NCBI RefSeq assembly: GCF_009914755.1
Contig: NC_060925.1
Strand: one strand, 5' to 3'
DNA length: 64,000 bases
DNA from: the human T2T-CHM13v2.0 reference genome, Homo sapiens
Position numbers and translations under genes: made by a program. Under the pieces are notes generated by a model. The model was not told where the DNA came from and ran no database searches. It saw only the letters and a program-made list of their open reading frames with translations. This document shows positions 46,923-59,394 of this stretch, piece by piece. How positions within the stretch are numbered: position 1 is the stretch's first letter; every line of letters starts with the position of its first letter.

Positions 46923-47221
46923 TTTTTTTTTTTTTAATTATACTTTAAATTTTAGGGTACATGTGCACAACGTGCAGGTTAGTTACATATGTATACATGT
47001 GCCATGTTGGTGTGCTGCACCCAGTAACTCGTCATTTAATGTTAGGTATGTCTCCAAATGCTATCCCTCCCCCTCCCCCCACCCCAGAACAGGTCCCGGT
47101 GTGTGATGTTCCCCTTCCTGTGTCTATGTGTTCTCGTTGTTTAATTCCCACCTATGAGTGAGAACCTGCGGTGTTTGGTTTTTTGTCCTTGCGATAGTTT
47201 GCTGCAAATGATGGTTTCCAG
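46923..47221 (-). mobile_element. 5'-truncated L1PA4-like 3' end, ~0.3 kb
   Basis: L1PA 3' UTR with poly(T); perfect 10-bp TSD AGACATTTTC (46913-46922, 47220-47229); TTTC/AA endonuclease-like site. Confidence 0.92.
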
Positions 47222-47305
47222 ACATTTTCAACTATGCAGAAACCTGGAAAGAATCCTATGGCAAGTGAAAAAATTTCAGAAAGATTTACATTAAAAGTTT
47301 ATAGA

Positions 47306-47618
47306 TGCCAAGCTTAGTGGCTCATCACTGTAATCTCAGCTCTTTGGGATGCTGAGGTGGGAGAATGCTGGAACCTAGGAGTTGGTGACCAGCCTGGGCA
47401 ACATAGTGAGACGCCATTTCCTAAAAAAATAAAATAAAAATTAGCTGGGTGTAGTGCTACACGCTTGTGGTTTCAGCTAATTTTGAGGCTAAGGTGGGAT
47501 AGTTGCTTGAGGGTGGGATAGTTGCTTGAGACCCAAAGACCGAGGCTGTAGTGAGCCTTGATTGTATCACTGCCCTCCAGCCTGGGCTACAGTGTGAGAC
47601 ACTGTCTGAAAAAAAAAA
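47306..47618 (+). mobile_element. AluJ with an internal 19-bp tandem duplication
   Basis: accagcctgggcaacatagtgagac, gaggctgtagtgagc J diagnostics; imperfect TSD aaaagtt(t)(a/g)taga. Confidence 0.88.
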
Positions 47619-49099
47619 GTTGTAGAAAAGGAATGACTTGATAGTTTTAATTTATAAAAAATACTGATGTTTAAATGTGGAGACAGAATTGAAGAATGAA
47701 TCAATTCAAGGAAATCAATTAAAAACTATGAGAATCTATCCCAGAGATTATATCATCTTGAATTAGAGGAATTGAGAGATTGGGATATACTATAATAAAT
47801 GAATAGATTATTAAGATGATGAAATGACTATAAAGTTGACAGATGGAGAAGAATCAAAACTTCTGGAACTAAATAAACACATCTTCCTATTCCATAGTGA
47901 CATAATAATAAATTTTGTGTATTAGCCATTATTTGAATACACTATTTGTGTTTATTAATTTTCCATTTTTATTATTATAGTGAGCATACTAATTCTTAGC
48001 ATCTGCTATCATTTGTATGCATAATTTATGTTGCACATGTATACCATCTGCTTTTAATGATTTATAAAGTGCTTGAGATGTAAAATTAACTTGGAATACT
48101 TAATATATTTTCAACTTTTTAAATTAATAAAAATCATGTCAATTACTTTTCTCTCTACAATTTTGCATTCATATTATGACTGTGTTCCCACTCCTTGCTT
48201 GTAGTAAGGATGCCTTAACAATTGCATTTGGAGTTCATTAAAAAATTAAAATTCTTACATAATAGCTACATTCAAATAAATGTATGAAAGAATCAATAAA
48301 AAAAGCATAATTTTATGTTGTCATTGTACTTTAATATTTCACAGTTAACACAATATAATAATCATGCCCAAAAATATTCAAATGTAAATTATTCTAATTA
48401 TTCAAAATTTTACCATCTTGTATGCCATATAATTTGATCAAAAATAAAAATATTTATAAGGACCAGGAACAGTGTCTATTAAAATATAATGTTGAATTGG
48501 AAACAAATATACATTAGTAGTAAGAGTAAAGAAAATATAAACTCGCATAAATATCAATACTTACAACAATCACTGTAATATATAGACAATACAATTCTTA
48601 TCTTTTAAATTATTTCACTAATGATTTTCTATAGAAGAAAAAATATAGTCTACCTGAAATTCTACTAAAAGAAATATTACATTTTAACCTGGAAATAGAA
48701 GGCAATGGAATTATGCATACTATCAATTTTTACCCTTCACTCAATATTAATTTTAGCTTGTAGTAAGTAAGTAAAGTTGGCAAATAAAACTATATTATTG
48801 CCATAGCAAACCTTCACAGATAAAATAGTAAATCATTAGCTATAATTTTAGTTAAAATTGAGCATTTTTGATAAATTTAATAGGGGATTATTATATTTAG
48901 GTAAACATAATTAGTATATTCAGAGATTTAAAATACAATAACAGTAATTTTTAGAGCACCAGCATGTTTTATTTTGTATAAGGCACTATACCGAATGCAA
49001 ATAGGTAATAAAAGTGTGACTCTTGACTTCCAGATGCCTCAGATTAATGGTGGTCATTTTGGGAAGAATTATACGAAGACCTTACAATGATGGTTTTAA

Positions 49100-50087
49100 C
49101 AGATAAATGAGGGTTATTCGTGAATTGTTCTGGAAAATTTATCTCATTTTACATTTCTAAAACATCAAATAGAAATATGGTTCTTCCTCTCTACCTTAAT
49201 CAATGGTGAATAGGAATATAATTTACCTAGTGGTTTAGCCCAAAATTCTTGAGTAATTATTGATTGGTTTCAGTGAAACAATTTTCATATTTGCAACATC
49301 AGTAATCTCTATATTTCCTTTTTAATGTATCCCAAATTCAACCACTTCTAGTCATATTTGCCTTAGACTACTGTAATAGTTTCCTACTTGATCTCCCTGC
49401 TTCATTTATATCAAAATTCTGTAAAGTCAATTCTACCCTGAGCTTGAATCTTTATTTTTTAAATGTTTTACAATTAAATATATAAATTTTTGTCAATTAC
49501 ACCTCAGTATACCTGGAAAAACTTAATAAAAAATACAATGTAGATCATATTGTATGCCAAATGTATAAAAATCTTCACTGGTTTTTCATAGTCTTAAATT
49601 AAAATCCAACCCCCTCAATATACCCTGAAAGACATGTTAGGTTTCCTACTCCTATCCATGATCTTATCTTTCATCGTTCTCTCTAGTTTACTTTTTCTGT
49701 CTTCTGAAACAAGGTATTTCTTTCAGTTCCCTTGAATAGGACAAGCTCAATTCTAATTCACTCGTTTCACTTTCTGTTTTTTTTTTTTTTAATTATTTCT
49801 GAAATGTTCTCCCTCACTTTGCAGTATATTTAGGATTGTGATCAGCTATCATCCTTGCAGACTTTCCTGCCCACCCTTTCAAGAGCTGTGTTCCTACTTT
49901 ACTCTTAAAGTATGCAGTATTTTTCTCTAAAGCAATCATCACTACCTGAACTTATACAGATCACTTTCACCTGTTAATTGTTATCTACCAGAAAATAAGA
50001 TCCATGAAAGCAAGAGTTACTTCTTTAGAACAAAGAATTTAGAAAAGTGCTCAATAAATGCTTGTTGGATGAATTAATAAATGAATA
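49100..50087 (+). mobile_element. L2 LINE 3' remnant
   Basis: cttagactactgtaatagtttcctacttgatctccctgcttc; ends gtgctcaataaatgcttgttggatgaattaataaatgaat. Confidence 0.65.
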
Positions 50088-51869
50088 AAACCTGCTGACA
50101 ATCTATTATTTTTAGGTGGATAAGGTCAATAAACATGAAATTATTTTGAACAAATAAATAATTACTCTTTGCCTAAATTCAGACCAATTACTTCATTAGA
50201 ATAAAATAAAATTAGTCACATTGATTTTTGTTTAAGACCTAATGAAAACAAAAAAGTCTTTAAACTTACTTAAAATTATAATTATATTTCACAATGTAAT
50301 ATATTTAAAAACTTTATGTTCTGGCCTGTCGTTATTGTTCCTTAGGTAACATGCTGGCTGGTAGGATTTTACAAAATTTCCTACAGTGATAATATATTTA
50401 TATATGGGCTTCCTTCACCCCATGTAATTTTGTGGAGTTGAACATGTAAAATTGAAGTAAAAGTTAAATATTGTGAAAATACATCTTTTTTTTTTAGCAG
50501 AAAATACTACTGCAATAGGAAGAAAGTTAAAATTTATCTGCCTGAAAAACAATGTGGACTTATTTTAATGTCAGTTCAATTCATGAATAGTTAAATATTA
50601 TCAAATATCTTTTTAAAAAAATTTGTTTCACTTGCAAATAGTTGAACAGCCACACATTGAATTATCCCAAATAAAATCGTTTCTATTTAAAAACAACCCT
50701 GAAGCAAAAGTTCAGTAATGATTTTGATGAGCTTCTAGACCCTGTATCTTCATCTAATCAGATGAGAAAGATATTTCATAAATTTTATTTTATACAGATT
50801 TGTTTTTCATATATAATGAAAAGGCTTCATTATATATGCCTTCAAAGGCTGTTTTGGGCAGATAGGACACAATGAGAGCTGAAGGGATCCCAATCTGTGG
50901 CATCTGCAGAGATTTTTGTAATCTTTGTCAGTAACACAAGGCAATGGATCAGCTGTCTCTGAATAAAACTGCACTATGCTTTGAGAACTGTCTAGCACTC
51001 CACCATTCTGCTATATTGTCTTGACCCTGACTTTTCCAGCCATTTAAATGTACCCACTTGGTCCTAATTCACCATGCTGTTCTTCGATATTCAAGACAAC
51101 ACAGCATAGTTTGTTTAAGTTTTGAGGGAGTTGGATGATGATGATGGTATAGTGTTAGCAGCATAGTTACCATCGTAATCATTGTAAATATAACAGAGCC
51201 TCTACCTCTGAAGTTTTTTCAGCATGCCAGGTGCTACTAAAGGTGCTAAGTTATTTGTAATAAAACTTTGAAAGTAGAGTAGTTTCAGCTCTGCCATAAA
51301 GTCTCAACATAATGATTATTTGCTAGTTTGTATATATTTTTAAACATTCTATAACACACAATCATTTTCAAGATTGCAGCAGTAAATTTACAAGATTTTA
51401 TCCTGACGGTGGGGATTTTTGCATACTTTATTATGCTTTTCAGTTTATAGTATTATAACATTTTTGTAGTATGCAGGTGGCCATGCTCAATTCCATGCTT
51501 AAACATAAATAAAATGGTAACATGCTTTTCTAAACATGTTTTTTTATTACCTTGATGGCTTCATAGCTCATGAATATTTCTCATTTCCTAGTATGCATTT
51601 TTTGCAAGGTGATTATATTAGAATTTTCTTATCAAAATATTTTAAACCTATACTGAAATACTAAAAACTGCTTTGTTAATATCTATTTATTAAAAAAAAA
51701 ACTTTATTGGGTTCTAATTATATCTTGATAAAATTGGCAAAGGAACATATACAAATATTAAATGAAACAAAAATATTTGAGAAATGCAGAACATTTATAG
51801 GTTCAGGTTGTTTTGAAAGATACTTACAAAAACTTTGAATCTGCAACATAAACCAGAATATGAGGTTTT

Positions 51870-52115
51870 ATGTTGTATTGGCTAAAGGGACAGATTCAGA
51901 AGCAGATTGCCTAAGTTCAAAGCCTTCTTCTACCATTTGCTATCTGTGAGGCATTCAACATATTTTTTTACTTTTGTATGCCCCAGATTCTTTACCAAAA
52001 AAAGAAAAATAATTGTGCTCAAATAGTGATACTGTGAGAACAGAACAAACTGTGCTTAGAAATATGCCTAGGAAAAAAGTGTGCACTATATAAATGTAAG
52101 CCATTATTATTATTA
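51870..52115 (+). mobile_element. MIR SINE
   Basis: gcagattgcctaagttcaaagccttcttctaccatttgctatctgtga...gtgcttagaaatatgccta...ataaatgtaagccattattatt. Confidence 0.6.
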
Positions 52116-52839
52116 CTACTACTATTACAGCTTGTATAAGACAGAGATTACTATCACATTTTACAAATAAGCAATTTCATGATTATTGAAATGATAACTT
52201 ATTCAAAGTCTATGGCTAATAAAATATTAAAATCCACATTTCTTTTTATTTATGTAAAATCACTTTTCATGGGAGAAATTTTTCTCTCTACTTAATGAGA
52301 TTTGGACATTGGTAATTTATTTCTATGAATTCCTATATTAGTGATTTATCTACATTGCTGAGCTCTTATAAAACTTTTAAAATAGTATCAGAAAATTTGA
52401 TGTGTCATTGTATACAATCACTTTTGAAGCATGGGGGAGAGAGTTTAGAATATTTCATAAAAGAAGCAGCATCAGGTTTATGTCACCTACAAACTGATTT
52501 AAATTGGAATTTTTACATCAAATATATGTTTTTTTTTATGCCATGCATCTGCCACTTTCTAACACATGACTTTGGGCAAGGTATTTAATTTTCCTCATTT
52601 GTAGTTCTCTCCTCTCAAACATGAAAATAACAAACACATTCTTTGTAGTTTATTAATTATCCAGTTGTCTTTTCCAAAATTACATTTATAATTGGATATA
52701 TAAACATGCAAGAGAATATTTATTGCAGCATTATTTGTAATAGTAAAAAAATGAAGTTGAATTAATAGGTATATCTCCTTTAATAGTAGAATAAATATGT
52801 TATTTTTTATAAAAGAAAAAACCTCCAAAGAAACTAGTA

Positions 52840-55110
52840 AGAATAGTTGTTTTCTACAAAATAAATATAAATCAATATTTTAAAATAAGAGACAGGAAAT
52901 AATGCTCACTCTCATCATCTTTCTATGAACTTACATGAAGAATCCTGGAGTCTTTAGTGAATGCAGTAAGATAAAAATAGATAAATTAGAAAGATAATAG
53001 ATAGATGCCAGACCTAAAATATATAGTATTGATGGCAGTGATGGCCCATCTGGAGCCACTGCTGTGAAGACACTGGCTGCGGCGGGGTTGGAGTTGCTGG
53101 GGTTTTGTGCTTCCTGGGGCTGGTGGGAACCAGGGACAGGCAGGAGCCCCGGCCTTTATTGAGTTAGCAGGGTGGGAGCCCCACAATCAGGGGTGCAGCT
53201 GCAGTCACCCAGCCACTGCTCCGACCCCAGGGATCTCTTCACTCTCATAGGCCCAGGAAGGCCCTCTCCCCACTAGGTTTGGAAGTGCCTGCTCCTGTCC
53301 CTGGCCTCTCCTCGTTCCTAGCACCCACTCTGATTTTGGAGCAAAGTTGTGGCCCAGCCTGAGTGCTGTTGCAACCTGGCCAGGTGTGTGTGTGCTTGGG
53401 GCATTGCTGACATGCCAGACCCCAGTTGCCTTGGCCCCCTTCCAACTTTGGGCACCAACGATCATAAGAGGGAAGCCAAGGGGAGGTTGAGGGAGGCTCA
53501 GCATGGGTCTGCAGGTGCCCCTCAGCACAAACAACCTGGGCTCCATGGACAACATGTTGATGATGACAGGAGGCAGACAGGCTCCTGGGTGGAAAGAGGA
53601 AGGTCCCTGGTGAAACCCCACTTTCAAGAGGGATGGCCTGAAGCTTGGGGTCAGGGCTGTCAGCTCCAGATGGAGTCCATGGCCTAGTGTGAGAACTTAC
53701 GTTGCTTTTTCCAGGCCTACCCATGGCTGCCCCGGACCAATCAGCTCACACTTCCTCCTTTCTGACCCCATAAAAACCCCAGACCGAGCCAGACTCAAAC
53801 AGATGTAAGAACTACCAATAGCAGAAAGGAGCTACCTACTGCAGGTCCCCTTTCCACTGACAGTTGGACACTATCAGGACGACCTGCCTGCAGAAAGGAG
53901 CTCTACCCAGTTTGGGTCTTATGAGAGCTGTTCTGTCGCTCAATGAAGCTCCTCTCCACCTTGCTCACCCTCCAATTGTCTGCATAGCCCATTCTTCCTG
54001 GACATGGGACAAGAACTTGGGACCCATCTAATGGCAGGACTGAAAGAGCTGTCATGCAAAAAGGGCTGAAACAGTCCTCCCTTCTGACCACATTGTGGGC
54101 AATGAGAAGAAGACCTGCAGCCGTTCAGGGAGCCAAGACCTGGGAGCTCCCCAACCCAGACCTGTGAAACTCTCTTTGGGGCTCTATAGTTCCTGGCATC
54201 TCTAAGTTTCTTGGCACCACCACATTCCCCTTGTCCAGACATGGGTGCAGACAGCAGAAGCTGTGTGTGGTACATCTGATCCAGCTGTAACCTCGCATGA
54301 AGCCAGCACCTGTGCCAGTGCCTGGAGCTAACTGCTCCACCACAGCAGCTGTTGTGCCTGGCTTTGTGCAGCGGCCTGACTCTATACTCACTTGTATACA
54401 CACCCCTCACCACTCTGTGCCTGGCTCACTCTTGACAGATGTGACATCCAGGTCAATAGCATGCTGAGAACAGCCTGCAAGGCTGAGTGGGTGGAACATG
54501 CCCAGTGGGCAGGAACAATACCCAGGCAGAAGGTACCACCTGCCACAGAGGTTTCCAGCTGGTGAAGCAACACCCAAAAGATCCTGTGACAATATCAAAA
54601 ATAAGAAAAGATAATCTACTAATTTTCTAATTATTTTTGAAGATTTGTGTTTTTTATGTAGAATCCCCCCAAAAGGATATCAAGGTTTTATTATAATTAA
54701 TAATATAATTAATTTACTATTTACCAGATACATGTAAAAACAAATGACATTCATCAATACAAATAATAAATACATAAAAAATATATTATAGCACAAAATA
54801 TTATATATTTAAGAATAAATTCAATAAAAATGTACAAGCACTTTATGTAGAAAATTAAAAAGCATGGAGAAGTTTGAGGTAGGTTTTTCTGCATGAATTG
54901 CTGAAAACTCATGCAAAAAGTAAAAAAGCACTATTTCCATAGATCAAAACACTGGACAGTGTAAGAATATCCTTTTTACTAAATTAAACTATCAATGAAA
55001 CATAACTTCAATAATAATAACTGCTACATATTTTATCCAAGTTGATCACCTGATTTTAAAGTGTATATGTCAAAGATTTAACAAAATTAAGACTTTCTCA
55101 AAGAACACTT
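52840..55110 (+). mobile_element. Very old L1M ORF2 remnant, interrupted by MER52
   Basis: aagagacaggaaataatgctcactctcatcat...aatgcagtaagataaaa before the LTR; tatatttaagaataaattcaataaaaatgtacaag after it. Confidence 0.5.
53030..54591 (+). mobile_element. MER52A-like long ERV1 solo LTR (~1.56 kb)
   Basis: TG...CA termini: tgatggcagtgatggcccatctggagc ... gtttccagctggtgaagcaacacccaaaagatcctgtgaca; ccaat and cataaaaa promoter-like motifs near 53737-53776; flanks gtat/atat. Confidence 0.85.
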
Positions 55111-55221
55111 CCTATCTCTAACCTGAAAGCAATGAATATATATGACAATCTATGACACAATTTCCTTTAGTATTGTATGGAAAATAATATTTTCTTTTTT
55201 CATATTTAAATACTAAATTTA

Positions 55222-55917
55222 TATATTAATTATGCATTGCTGTACAATAATTGTCTCACAATTTATCTTGAAAAATTTACTATCTCAGTTTGTGTGAGCC
55301 AGGTATCCAGGAGTGACTGAGCTGAGTGGTTCTAGCTCAGAGTCTCTTAGGAGGCTAAAATCAAGCTGTTGGCTGGGGTTATCATCTGTGAGGTTTATAC
55401 TAGGATTGAAGAATCTGCTCCCAAGCTTACTCGTAATAATTGACAAAAGGTTTAATTCCTCACCACTTTGGCCTTTCTATAGGGCTGTTTACAACATGAC
55501 TTCCCCGAAAGCAATGATAAAAAAGAGATACAGTGGGTTGCTGAATGAGTTAAAGAAATACCCAGATACATATGTATTTTGATTAAAAATTAGGAAATAG
55601 TAAAAAGGAAACATAATAAAAGACTTATGTTCTATTGTCACAATTCATACAAAATATTAAAATTTGTGTATGTGACTCTTATAGATTAAAAGAAGCAGCG
55701 GAACGAAGTGGTAGTGTGGTAGAAAGTACTGTCATAAATATTGTTATCTTTTCTTGCACTCGATAAGACATTTTACACTACTGATACGGACAGAGGCTGT
55801 ATCCCCTCAAAGTATTTGAAGAAACTACAAAAGGAGAGGACAAAAGGATGTGAATTGTAGGAAGAATGGGGAGAAGGGGTCATTGGCAGTCATCTTGGGG
55901 ACTGGCTATTGCCTCAC
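55222..55917 (-). mobile_element. Old MaLR LTR (MLT1F/G/H-like), fragmented
   Basis: gctgagtggttctagctcagagtctc...tcaagctgttggctgggg...ctgctcccaagcttactc; terminal cattggcagtcatcttggggactggcta. Confidence 0.55.
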
Positions 55918-56198
55918 AAAAGGATATGTGATTTGATTTTTGCAAAAAAAAAAAAAGTCTAAATAACAGTCTTCTAAGATAAGATTCTCTTCTATTATTA
56001 TTTATTAGTGTGTCTTAAAAACAATTGCCTAGAAAATTGTTTGTTTAACTATGTAACTGTAATCTTTCAAGTTTAAAAATAGGGAAATTTGTTTTAAGGA
56101 AACACGTTTCTTTCTTTCACTCTGTGCACTTAAACTTATAAGCAATTAGACAGTAATATGCGAAGAATTAAGCGATGTGTTCATTCATATTAGTGTTG

Positions 56199-56565
56199 TG
56201 TATCAGTCTGTTTTGACACTGCTATAAAGAACACTACCTGAGACTGGGTAATTTATAAAGAGAAGAGGTTTAATTTACTCACAATTCCATATGGCCTGGG
56301 AGGTCTCAGGAAACTTACAATCATGGCAGAAGGTGAAGAAGAAGCGGGTAACTTCTTCACATGGTGGCATGAAAGAGAGGAGCAAAGGGAGAAGAGTCCC
56401 TTATAAAACCACCAGATCTCATGAGAACTCACTCACTATCATGAGAACAACATGGGAGAAACTGCTTCCGTGATCCAGTAAGCTTCCACTAGGTCCCTCC
56501 CTTGACACATGAGGATTAAAATTCAAGAGGAGATTTGGGTGGGGACACAGAACCAAACCATATCA
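56199..56565 (-). mobile_element. THE1D/MSTA-like MaLR LTR
   Basis: tgtatcagtctg...cctgagactgggtaatttataaag...caggaaacttacaatcatggcagaagg...gatttgggtggggacacagaaccaaaccatatca. Confidence 0.88.
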
Positions 56566-56936
56566 TTCCTCCCCTGGCCCCTCCCAAATCTCATGTCTTC
56601 ACATTTCAAAATGCAATCATTCCTTCCCAATAGTCTTCAAAGTCTTAACTCATTTTAGCATTAACCCAAAAGTCCAAAGTCTCATCTGAGACGAAGCAAG
56701 TCCCTTCTGCCCATGAGCCTGTAAAATCAAAAGCAAGTTAGTTACTTCCAAGATACAATGCAGGTACAGGCATTGGGTGCTCCAAATGGGAGAAGTTGGC
56801 TAAAACGAAGGAGCTACTGGCCCTACGCAAGTCTGAAATTCAGCAGGGCAGTCATTAAATCTTAAAGCTCCAAAATAGTCTCCTTTGACTTCATGTCTCA
56901 CATCCAGGGCACACTGATGCAAAGGGTGCTCCATGG
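56566..56936 (-). mobile_element. THE1/MST internal sequence, 3' end, truncated
   Basis: Antisense PPT ttcctcccctggcccctcccaaatctcatgtc abuts the LTR; ccaaagtctcatctgagac...gagcctgtaaaatcaaaagcaagttagttacttcc. Confidence 0.85.
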
Positions 56937-57060
56937 GCATGTTAGAATTTCAGAAAGAATAAAAATAATTCTCTTTAAGTTTTAGCTTCTGATCCATTCT
57001 AAGTAGATGATAAAGAGTAACCAGCAAGTACAAAATATCATCCTATTTGCTGAATATATT

Positions 57061-57796
57061 TTTTTTACATGCAGAAAAGAGGCTTTATTAAGAAGGCTTT
57101 GAAGTGAAAAAGTAAAACGTTTGATCCAATTTTTTAACCCTTGAATCAGCTCAGCAAATATATAATCAGTAATTTAGTTGTGTAAGATTAAAGGTCCATT
57201 ACTTTATTTAAAATAAAATATATTTTAGTTCTTAAAATTTGTTTCATAAAGTACATATTTCCCTATAAATTCCCTACATATACACAAGAGTAAAAAAAAT
57301 AAAAAAAATTAAAAAAAAACGACAACAGAAACCGCGGTAGAAAGGGGATTAATAGTTAACAGAAGGAGGGGGGCGGAGGCCTGTGTTTACAGATGAGATT
57401 TAACTGCTGTACCAGGCGTGGAGACTGAGACCCCGCAACCCTGTGGCGCCTCAGTCCTTCAATAACAGTATTGAGTGGTCAGGTTACAATAAACCAGAGA
57501 GGAAAGGTCCGCTTGCACTTTTTTTTTTTTTTTTAGACACCCCTCCCATCCAGGGTGATCTTTAAAAAACAAAACAAACAAACAAAAAACCCCACGATTT
57601 TAGAGCGTTCATTGTTTTCCTTTTGTCCGAAGCTGTTTTCTGATTTGATAGTATTTTCTCACTGGCTGGTCTCAGACTGCACAGACATTTCCAGAGGAGG
57701 AGGGTGACATTTTTACTCCGTTTTTGAGGCTGACAATTTATGCTTTTGTACATCAACCATGCGCGGCCAGAACGGGGCAGGGGGCGGGGGTCGAGG
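57061..57796 (-). pseudogene. 5'-truncated processed retrocopy of an mRNA 3' end (parent gene not identified)
   Basis: Perfect 13-bp TSD TGCTGAATATATT (57048-57060, 57797-57809); short poly(T); antisense AATAAA at 57084-57089, 17 nt from the tail; GC/CpG-richer than flanks; no recognisable TE motif. Confidence 0.88.
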
Positions 57797-58089
57797 TGCT
57801 GAATATATTAATAATAAATATCAATACCAGCAAGTGTGGTTTAAATTCTTAACTCTTTAACTTAATACACTTACCCATCAATCACTGGCCCTTGTCTCCT
57901 AGTGCGTTTTTCTATACATGGAGTGGGGTTTGAGGTAACACTCTAATGAATTGGAGCAACAGAGAAAATATGTACTTCCTATAGATGACTCTTTCCATGA
58001 CAGAAGAGGTTACTATATAGAAAATGGTAGATTTTATCTTTAACTTTCTCCAACGTTGTCCAACATTCAACTTTCCTGTCTCAGGTACT

Positions 58090-58525
58090 TCTATGTCCTA
58101 CTATTTTTTAGGTAATATGCTCTCATAAAATGCGAGTAAGGGACAAAGCAATTCAGGGAAGGAATAAAGTTGAGACTATTTGAAGATATATTTTTAAAGT
58201 AGCCCCAACTAAATGTGAGTGCTGGATCCTGCAGGTATGTCTTGAGAGAAGCCAGTTAACTATGTCGCAGGAAAGACAGTCTGGGGAGAAAAGGGAAAGC
58301 CAGAGTATAGGTTCATGTTTCCTATTGTTTATAGGTTAATATATGTATTAATCTATGGATTCTATTTTCCTACTCTTCAAGGGTTAATTCCATGAGATTT
58401 TAAATTACCCCTACCCTTCCAGAATGTGTATGTGTGGCCCCTGATTATGGACCCATTGTCTCATACCAAAGTGTCAACAGAAAAGCCCCAGGTGGAAGCT
58501 ATGAGGCATATTCGGCAGGCATGAG
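58090..58525 (-). mobile_element. Possible old ERVL LTR (LTR33-like)
   Basis: cagggaaggaataaag, gtgtcaacagaaaagccccagg motifs; weak. Confidence 0.3.
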
Positions 58526-59231
58526 AAAGGCTTTCTGCCTTTATTTCCTGTGTTTTATTTATATCCCAGCTTTGGTAAACAACCTAGCCCCTGGATTTGG
58601 AATAAAGATCCATTAGGCTTTTAGTGAGCATCCCTTATAATTGTACATAAAAATTGTTCTTTCTTTTTTATTTGTCCAGATTCCTTTATTGCTCATTAAA
58701 ACATTTTTTAAAATTTTGGCAATTATAAAATAATTAACTCATGTCTTTTAAACTTTGCAAGATGTCACCCTGAGGGTCTATCAAATCATAACATTTCTTA
58801 AAGTTTCTTACATGTTTCTGGCATTTTTTTTTTTGTAAAAAGAAAACATATCATCTTCTTCTAAAGGGAGATTATATGATTATATAATATAAAAGATTAC
58901 ATGATTCAACTAAATGTATCCATTAAGCTTTTATCAAGAAAACTAAAATCTATTCTTTTCTAAAAATTCATGTTTTATGGCAAATTCAAGTCAATAAAAT
59001 TGTGCTAAAATAATTGGAAGCTTCCTCTTCTTCCCTTCCTTGACCTGATGTATTCACTAGGTGATGGGGCCTGATTCATCTTTTGTGGCTCCACTAAGTA
59101 ACTGTTACTCTTTTCTACATTTAATTATTGTTTTTAAATCATTTGAAAGAACAAAGAACATTAGGCAAAACATTTTTACATTCTCATATAGGATTGAAAT
59201 TTCGATATATATATATATTTAAATCTCATTT

Positions 59232-59394
59232 TATTTTTTTTCTTTCAACTTTTCTTTCAGGTTTGGGGGCACATGGGCATACGTGTTACAAGGGTAAATT
59301 GTATGTTGCTGGGGTATGGTGTACAAATGGTTTTGTCACCCACGTAGTGAGCACGGTGCCTGACAGGTAGTTTTGCCATCTTCACACTCCTCCT
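59232..59394 (-). mobile_element. Old L1PA (PA13-16-like) 3' terminal fragment
   Basis: ttcaacttttctttcaggtttgggggcacatg...gggtaaattgtatgttgctggggtatggtgtacaaat...gtcacccacgtagtgagca. Confidence 0.75.

Noticed and set aside
52986-54598. Cluster of 60-159-aa ORFs
   Set aside because: Contained in the GC-rich MER52 LTR; no recognisable protein domains.
57562-57756. 64-aa ORF inside the retrocopy as the parent CDS end; naming a parent gene
   Set aside because: No recognisable domain and it ends in a GTTT repeat. I could not match the sequence to a gene with confidence, so no symbol is given.
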